DNA of 43,067 nucleotides from a virus (Duplodnaviria; Heunggongvirae; Uroviricota; Caudoviricetes): IMG/VR virus record IMGVR_UViG_2657244961_000008, positions 1 to 43,067 of that record; one strand, 5' to 3'. Shown piece by piece: positions 37,339 to 43,067 of this stretch (position 1 is its first letter; each line of letters starts with the position of its first letter). The notes under the pieces were generated by a model. It saw only the letters and a program-made list of their open reading frames with translations, ran no database searches and was not told where the DNA came from. The position numbers and the translations under genes were made by a program.

Positions 37339-37658
37339 TATTGCATGCCAACCCACCCCGCCCCACAGAACGCCGGGCAATACTTCGAGTTACCAGGCAG
37401 TGGTCAGGGGTTAAGTAGCCAGCCCGAGGCGTAAGAACATGACGGCAGGGTTCAACTTTAATAACTATGCAGCAGGTTTTTGTTCCGCTACCCCGGCGTT
37501 AAGGGGAAACAGAGGATTTCTCAGTGGGCGAAGTCAAACATCAGAATGGAAGGCATCCCAGGATCGGCAAAGAAGCAGCAATGGCGCTTTATATTGACAT
37601 CAGCGCCATTACCGGACAGGTAAGAGTTATCAGAGCGGTAACTAAGCGGTATGCGCCT

Positions 37659-37859
37659 TTACTTCAGAAAGTCTCTGGTGAGTGCACCGAAGATATTGTC
37701 AACGATTTCGTCATCGAACTGCGAGGACTCATCTTCAGTTACAAGGTGACCACAATTTTTGCAGATGGCTCCCGCGAAACTGTCAGAGCCCTGCGGCTTA
37801 AAGGATGTGTCAAAGACTTCGCCACCACATTCTGGGCAAGAAAACTTGATTGTATTCAT
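37659..37859 (-). CDS. small zinc-ribbon protein, hypothetical
   Basis: 66 aa from the ATG at 37859 (GAGAGGAAA RBS 8 nt upstream), with CPECGG...CKNCGH motifs. Competes with the overlapping plus-strand ORF 37524..37880. Confidence 0.4.
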   Translation of the reverse strand: MNTIKFSCPECGGEVFDTSFKPQGSDSFAGAICKNCGHLVTEDESSQFDDEIVDNIFGALTRDFLK

Positions 37860-37951
37860 AACCAATTTCCTCTCGAGTAACAGACCCCTCAGAGGATACC
37901 ACCTCGCCTGACGTGGTTAAAAGCAGGCAACGCTAACCACAAGGAGCCGAC

Positions 37952-38170
37952 ATGCAGAAACGAGAACCCGTCATCATCGCGCCAGACTATACCGATGATG
38001 AACTTTATGAGTGGATGCGCCAGAAAATTAATGCAGCGCAGGATCTGAAATGGGCCAATGAAGCCAGGGCTAAGCAGGCTGAAAATCTGTCCGCTCTGGA
38101 GCAGGATATCACCAATCTGGAAAAAGCAGCGGCATTAAGCATTGCCAGAATGATTACATACCCGCGTTAA
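37952..38170 (+). CDS. ydfC: YdfC-like small protein
   Basis: 72 aa with a strong AAGGAG RBS. Position and length match ydfC of the Qin dicB operon. Confidence 0.6.
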   Translation: MQKREPVIIAPDYTDDELYEWMRQKINAAQDLKWANEARAKQAENLSALEQDITNLEKAAALSIARMITYPR

Positions 38171-38510
38171 TAGCTAACCAACGAAGCTAAGGTTGGTAAT
38201 TAAGGAGTTCTCCACGGGTGAGGTGGAGTGCGTGCGCCGGACACGGGTGAACATCCAGCACAGACAGTTTACTGAAAGGATATTTCCCTGAAAAGTCAGA
38301 CCATAACGCGAAAGCGCACGGCGAGGTAGCTGGTTCATAGATAGCCTGTCGTTAAATTTTCGTCGACCGTGCGCTTCCGGTTGTGGCACTCCGCGAAATG
38401 GCGCGGCGGTAAGTATGGCGGGGTTATTCCTTCCCCGTTGAGGACACCGGGTTGTCAGGTTGACCATACGCTTAAGTGACAACCCCGCTGCAACGCCCTC
38501 TGTTATCAAT

Positions 38511-38563
38511 TTTCTGGTGACGTTTGGCGGTATCAGTTTTACTCCGTGACTGCTCTGCCGCCC
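38511..38563 (+). ncRNA. dicF: DicF small RNA (ftsZ-targeting)
   Basis: TTTCTGGTGACGTTTGGCGGTATCAGTTTTACTCCGTGACTGCTCTGCCGCCC followed by T5 matches the 53-nt E. coli DicF sequence as recalled. Lies directly upstream of dicB. Confidence 0.7.
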
Positions 38564-38737
38564 TTTTTAAAGTGAATTTTGTGATGCGGTGAATGCGGCT
38601 GAGCGCACGCGGAACAGTTAAAACCAAAAACAGTGTTATGGGTGGATTCTCTGTATCCGGCGTTAATTGTTAACTGGTTAACGTCACCTGGAGGCACCAG
38701 GCACTGCATCACAAAATTCATTGTTGAGGACGCGATA

Positions 38738-38926
38738 ATGGAAACGTTATTACCAAACGTTAATACGTCTGAAGGTTGTTTTGAAATTGGTGTCACTATC
38801 AGTAACCCTGTATTTACTGAAGATGCCATTAACAAGAGAAAACACGAACGGGAGTTATTAAATAAAATATGCATTCTTTCAATGCTGGCCCGTTTACGTC
38901 CGATACAAAAAGGATGCTGGCAATGA
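38738..38926 (+). CDS. dicB: cell division inhibitor DicB
   Basis: 62 aa METLLPNVNTSEGCFEIGVTISNPVFTEDAINKRK..., near-identical to K-12 DicB as recalled. GAGGA RBS. The track ORF is extended upstream to 38633. Confidence 0.8.
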   Translation: METLLPNVNTSEGCFEIGVTISNPVFTEDAINKRKHERELLNKICILSMLARLRPIQKGCWQ

Positions 38927-39114
38927 ATACAGCATTTGCACTTGTTCTGACATTTTTTCTTGTTTCCGGAGAGCCAGTTGATATTGCAGTCAGTGTTCAC
39001 AGGACAATGCAGGAGTGTGTGACTGCAGCAACCGAACAGAAAATTCCCGGTAACTGTTACCCGGTCGATAAAGTTATTCACCAGGATAATAACGAAATCC
39101 CGGCAGGATTTTAA
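38923..39114 (+). CDS. ydfD: YdfD-like small membrane/lysis protein
   Basis: 63 aa MNTAFALVLTFFLVSGEPVDIAV..., matching K-12 YdfD as recalled. ATGA overlap with the dicB stop. Confidence 0.7.
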   Translation: MNTAFALVLTFFLVSGEPVDIAVSVHRTMQECVTAATEQKIPGNCYPVDKVIHQDNNEIPAGF

Positions 39115-39207
39115 AACAGCACCGTAATAAATATCCAGTTTCATTCTTATATGTCAGCAATGGCAGAGATTTGTTCACCCTTAAATCTGTGATGAGGTTT
39201 ACCAATA

Positions 39208-41649
39208 ATGAGCACTGATAAAGAAGAATTTGCACTATATTGCGAAGCAAAAAATGACAAAGTAAGAAAACGCCTGGGAATTAAAGGTGGTTTTTACTGG
39301 ACTACAGCAAAAAAATTATCTGTTGCAATCTCCCGCTGCATTACCGCAATGGATGACAACGATTATGATGAAGACGACTTTAAAAAACCCGTCCGCGTCA
39401 ATTTGCCCGTTGTTGACGACCTTCCGCCAGAAGGCGTGTTTGATACTGAATTCTGCAACCGCTATGAAAAAGGCGGGAAAGATGGCATCACAATGACATT
39501 TATCGGCCCTTCCCCCTCTGTTCAGGACAAACCAGCCAGCACTGACAATACCAACATCAACGGCGAAGACATGACTGAGATTGAGGAGAGCATGCTTCTG
39601 CCTGTCTCCGGTCAGGAACTGCCCATTCGTTGGCTTGCTCAACACGGCAGCGAAAAACCAGTAACGCACGTTTCACGCGACGAACTCCAGGCATTACACA
39701 TTGCACGGGCTGAAGAACTACCGGCTGTTACTGCCCTGGCTATTTCGCATAAAACCAGTCTGCTCGACTCGCTGGAGATTCGCGACCTCCACAAACTGGT
39801 TCGTGACACTGACAAAGTTTTCCCTAATCCTGGTAATTCAGACCTGGGACTAATAACTGCTTTTTTCGAAGCATACCTGGACGCTGACTACACTGATCGG
39901 GGTCTGCTGACAAAAGAGTGGATGAAAGGAAATCGTGTTTCACGCATCACCCGCACGGCTTCCGGTGCTAATGCTGGCGGTGGGAACAAAACCGATCGCA
40001 ATCCGAATTTAGTACACACCCTCGACACACTGGATGTGGAGATTGCAGCAGCCACACTTCCGATGGATTTTAATATTTATGAAATTCCGGGCAGCGTTTA
40101 TCGTCGCGCAAAAGAAGTAGTCCTGAACAAAGAAAGTCCGTTCAAAGAATGGTCCGCAGCACTTCGTGCAACCCCGGGTATTCTGGACTATTCCCGCGCC
40201 GCTATTTTTGCACTTATCCGAAGCGCACACCCTGAATTTTATCACTACCCGGGACGCCTTCAGGGGTATATCAACGCCTATTTGACGGAAACTGATCACG
40301 AGAACCCCAGCAAGGAAACTCTCACAGCTGCCCGGCATACGCCGGAAAAAGATATCCTGGAAGAAATTAACCGCGAGGTGGTTACTGAGCGTGAAACAGA
40401 AGAAGAAAAACCACAACCATCTGACGCAATGGCAGGTGAACAGGCAACAACTGAAACAATGGAACCGGATACAACTGAACATGGCCAGAACGCGCAGTCG
40501 CTGGATGCTCAGTCGCAGGTGAGTTCCGCTAACCAAGTAAAAGTCACCGCTGACGAAGTAAACAAAATTATGCAGGCAGCCAATATCAGCCAGCCTGACG
40601 CCGATAAGTTACTTGCTGTATCGCGTGGTGAATTTGTTGAGGGGATTAGCGACCCTAATGATCCGAAATGGGTCAAGGGGATCCAGACTCGCGATTCTGT
40701 GAACCAGAACCAGCATGAATCGGAACGGAACGACCAAAAAGCGGAACAAAACAGCCCAAATGCGTTACAAAACGAGCCAGAAACGAAACAATCCGAACCA
40801 GTAGCGCAACAGGAACCGGAAAAAGTCTGCACCGCCTGCGGTCAGAGCGGTGGCGGCAACTGCCCTGATTGTGGCGCGGTGATGGGCGACGCAACATACC
40901 AGGAAACATTCGATGAAGAGAATCAGGTTGAAGTTCAGGAAAATGATCCGGAGGAAATGGAAGGCGCTGAACATCCACACAAGGAGAACCCTGGCGGCAA
41001 TCAGCATCACGCCAGCGATAATAAAACTGGCGAGACGGCAGATCACTCAATTAAGGTGAACGGTCATCACGAAATCACATCCACCAGCAGGACGTGTGAC
41101 CATCTAATGATCGACCTTGAAACCATGGGAAAAAATCCTGATGCCCCGATCATCTCAATAGGTGCAATATTTTTCGATCCGCAAACCGGAGATATGGGAC
41201 CGGAATTTAGTAAGACTATCGATCTGGAAACTGCTGGCGGAGTCATTGATCGGGACACCATTAAATGGTGGCTTAAGCAATCACGCGAAGCGCAATCTGC
41301 CATTATGACCGATGAAATCCCGTTAGATGATGCACTGTTACAATTGCGGGAATTTATCGACGAAAACTCCGGTGAATTTTTTGTTCAGGTCTGGGGAAAT
41401 GGAGCCAACTTCGACAACACGATTTTGCGCCGTTCATACGAACGGCAGGGGATCCCCTGCCCGTGGCGTTACTACAACGATCGCGATGTACGCACAATCG
41501 TTGAGCTGGGGAAAGCCATAGACTTCGATGCCAGAACGGCTATTCCATTCGAAGGTGAGCGCCATAATGCACTTGATGACGCTCGTTACCAGGCAAAATA
41601 CGTTTCAGTTATCTGGCAAAAACTGATCCCGAGTCAGGCTGATTTTTAA
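39208..41649 (+). CDS. large exonuclease with C-terminal DEDDh (DnaQ-like) 3'-5' exonuclease domain
   Basis: 813 aa. C-terminal motifs IDLETMG (Exo I), WGNGANFD (Exo II) and [10 protein letters not shown] (Exo III), plus an internal CTACG...CPDCG zinc ribbon and an acidic linker. Confidence 0.75.
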   Translation: MSTDKEEFALYCEAKNDKVRKRLGIKGGFYWTTAKKLSVAISRCITAMDDNDYDEDDFKKPVRVNLPVVDDLPPEGVFDTEFCNRYEKGGKDGITMTFIGPSPSVQDKPASTDNTNINGEDMTEIEESMLLPVSGQELPIRWLAQHGSEKPVTHVSRDELQALHIARAEELPAVTALAISHKTSLLDSLEIRDLHKLVRDTDKVFPNPGNSDLGLITAFFEAYLDADYTDRGLLTKEWMKGNRVSRITRTASGANAGGGNKTDRNPNLVHTLDTLDVEIAAATLPMDFNIYEIPGSVYRRAKEVVLNKESPFKEWSAALRATPGILDYSRAAIFALIRSAHPEFYHYPGRLQGYINAYLTETDHENPSKETLTAARHTPEKDILEEINREVVTERETEEEKPQPSDAMAGEQATTETMEPDTTEHGQNAQSLDAQSQVSSANQVKVTADEVNKIMQAANISQPDADKLLAVSRGEFVEGISDPNDPKWVKGIQTRDSVNQNQHESERNDQKAEQNSPNALQNEPETKQSEPVAQQEPEKVCTACGQSGGGNCPDCGAVMGDATYQETFDEENQVEVQENDPEEMEGAEHPHKENPGGNQHHASDNKTGETADHSIKVNGHHEITSTSRTCDHLMIDLETMGKNPDAPIISIGAIFFDPQTGDMGPEFSKTIDLETAGGVIDRDTIKWWLKQSREAQSAIMTDEIPLDDALLQLREFIDENSGEFFVQVWGNGANFDNTILRRSYERQGIPCPWRYYNDRDVRTIVELGKAIDFDARTAIPFEGERHNALDDARYQAKYVSVIWQKLIPSQADF

Positions 41650-41701
41650 TGTTCAACCGTCGCCAGTTGTCGTTGATATTCTGCAACTGGCGCGTTCCGG
41701 A

Positions 41702-41980
41702 GTGATAGCCATGAGCGAACAGTACCTGATAACGCTCGACGAGTGGAAACCAAAACGGTTCAGTCTCCCAATAACAAACACTACCCTGGTGAAATACGGA
41801 AAACTAGGATACATCGTTCCAAGGCCACAAAAAATTCGTGGGCGTTGGCTGATAGATCGCCGAGCAGTATTTGTTGGGCCTGGTGAAACGGGAATTGCGC
41901 CGGAAATTCATACTGGCGATGATGATGCACTGAAGGAGATTTTAACTCATGTCACCGAGGCCACGAAAAAACAGCACTGA
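41702..41980 (+). CDS. xis: excisionase (Xis-like)
   Basis: 92 aa with the pattern LITLDEW...GYIVPRP...RGRWLID, resembling lambda Xis LTLQEW...GREYLF. Overlaps the int start. Confidence 0.65.
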   Translation: MIAMSEQYLITLDEWKPKRFSLPITNTTLVKYGKLGYIVPRPQKIRGRWLIDRRAVFVGPGETGIAPEIHTGDDDALKEILTHVTEATKKQH

Positions 41981-43067
41981 CGTAGCCGGTCTTTACGAAA
42001 AGTTTGATCGCAGAACTGGCAGAGTTTACTACCAGTATAAAAATCCTGTGACTGGAAAATTTCACGGACTCGGAACAGACAAAGGTAAGGCAGAAAAAAT
42101 CGCTTCCACAGCCAATCAGCGAATAGCTGCAGCAGAAGCTGAATATTTCATGCGCAAAATTGATGAAAGTCCGTCAGCAACAAAACGTCGGGGTATCAGA
42201 TTAAAGGCATGGGTTGATCGATATCTGAAAATACAGGACACGCGACTGAAAAATGGAGATATTGCAGCTACAACTCACAAAGAAAAAACCCGAATGGCTG
42301 CATACCTGGTTTCCCGTCTGGGAAACCACCCATTGAAAGAACTGGAAGTAAGAGACTTTGCATTAATACTGGATGAGTGGCTGGATAAAGACATGGTCAG
42401 CACAGCGAGAGTAAATCGTGGATTATGGGTTGATATTTATAAAGAAGCACAGCATGCAGGGGAAGTTCCTCCTGGATGGAATCCTCCGGAGGCTACCCGT
42501 AAACCGATCCCTAAAGTAACCAGAGCCAGGCTCACCATGGAAGACTGGCAAAAAATTTACAATGCAACGCCTGAAAAACACTTTATCCGTAACGCAATGC
42601 TTCTTGCGATTGTTACTGGTCAGCGCCGTGATGACATTTGCCACATGCGTTTTTCAGATGTGTGGAACGAACACTTGCATATCACCCAGGGAAAAACCGG
42701 AATGCGTCTGGCGTTACCGCTTACACTACGATGTGATGCCATTGGGATAACGTTAAAAGAAGTTATTGATGGGTGCCGAGACAGAATATTAAGTCCATAT
42801 CTAATCCATAGTCGGCACCAGAAACAACCGAAGCCGATGAGTAAAGACAACCTGAGCGACTACTTTGCCAAAGCACGGGATCTGGCTGGGATAATTCCAC
42901 CAGCAGGAAAAACTCCGCCAACATTTCATGAACAACGCTCTCTATCAGAACGGCTGTACCGTGCACAGGGTATTGATACAAAAACATTACTAGGACATAA
43001 AGTCCAGGCAACCACCGATCGCTATAACGATACTCGAGGTCAGGAATGGGTTAAGTTGGTTATTTGA
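41949..43067 (+). CDS. int: tyrosine integrase
   Basis: 372 aa. C-terminus contains H..R and the catalytic Tyr context LGHKVQATTDRYNDTRG. Stop codon is at the last base of the window. Confidence 0.9.
   Translation: MSPRPRKNSTDVAGLYEKFDRRTGRVYYQYKNPVTGKFHGLGTDKGKAEKIASTANQRIAAAEAEYFMRKIDESPSATKRRGIRLKAWVDRYLKIQDTRLKNGDIAATTHKEKTRMAAYLVSRLGNHPLKELEVRDFALILDEWLDKDMVSTARVNRGLWVDIYKEAQHAGEVPPGWNPPEATRKPIPKVTRARLTMEDWQKIYNATPEKHFIRNAMLLAIVTGQRRDDICHMRFSDVWNEHLHITQGKTGMRLALPLTLRCDAIGITLKEVIDGCRDRILSPYLIHSRHQKQPKPMSKDNLSDYFAKARDLAGIIPPAGKTPPTFHEQRSLSERLYRAQGIDTKTLLGHKVQATTDRYNDTRGQEWVKLVI

Noticed and set aside
37524-37880. 118-aa plus-strand ORF with GTG start
   Set aside because: Overlaps the minus-strand zinc-ribbon ORF, has many rare Arg codons and no recognisable motif. 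Not firmly excluded; see the finding on ambiguous coding.
38174-38509. 111-aa minus-strand ORF
   Set aside because: Lies in the untranslated precursor region upstream of DicF and antisense to the dicB operon. Arg-rich junk-like sequence.
39316-41303. Several minus-strand ORFs (for example 39316..39669, 40009..40536, 40673..41050) inside the exonuclease gene
   Set aside because: Antisense to an 813-aa ORF with clear catalytic motifs. Cys/Phe-rich low-complexity translations.
39208-41649. Calling the 813-aa protein RecE or lambda Exo
   Set aside because: The visible catalytic motifs are DEDDh (DnaQ-like), not the PD-(D/E)xK type of RecE or lambda Exo, and no RecT/Bet partner is present.
1-43067. 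CRISPR arrays, tRNA or rRNA genes
   Set aside because: No regularly spaced short direct repeats with unique spacers and no tRNA-like or rRNA-like segments were seen by eye. A formal tRNA scan was not possible and would be the decisive check.

Overview
The whole window is one lambdoid prophage of the E. coli Qin/Rac type, lying inverted so that the late operon runs right-to-left on the minus strand. Reading right to left from the immunity region: Cro-like/YdaT-like/O-like/DnaC-like early genes, a nin-like block containing a hok/sok type I toxin-antitoxin, DUF968, RusA and Q, then a pR'/qut/tR' unit that closely resembles lambda's. Downstream of tR' sit a DNA methyltransferase with two small ORFs, an intact IS10 with a 9-bp target duplication, and an AT-rich plus-strand moron of unknown function. 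These are followed by a phage-21-type lysis cassette (dual-start pinholin, SAR endolysin, Rz with embedded Rz1), an HNH endonuclease, TerS/TerL, HK97-type head genes and lambda-type tail genes (V, G/G-T with an A AAA AAG -1 frameshift site, H, M, L, K, I, J, lom, stf, tfa). A second moron encoding a membrane zinc-ribbon protein sits between T and H. To the right of a CI-like repressor is a plus-strand pL-like operon with YdfC, the DicF sRNA, DicB, YdfD, an 813-aa exonuclease with a C-terminal DEDDh domain, excisionase and integrase (stop codon at the last base of the window). The best candidates for undescribed biology are the two AT-rich morons (24893..25405 and 13880..14224), the methyltransferase module and the small membrane ORF between terminase and portal; none could be assigned a function from sequence alone. 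All identifications rest on reading the six-frame translations and the DNA by eye and on recalled family features; no database search or computation was run.
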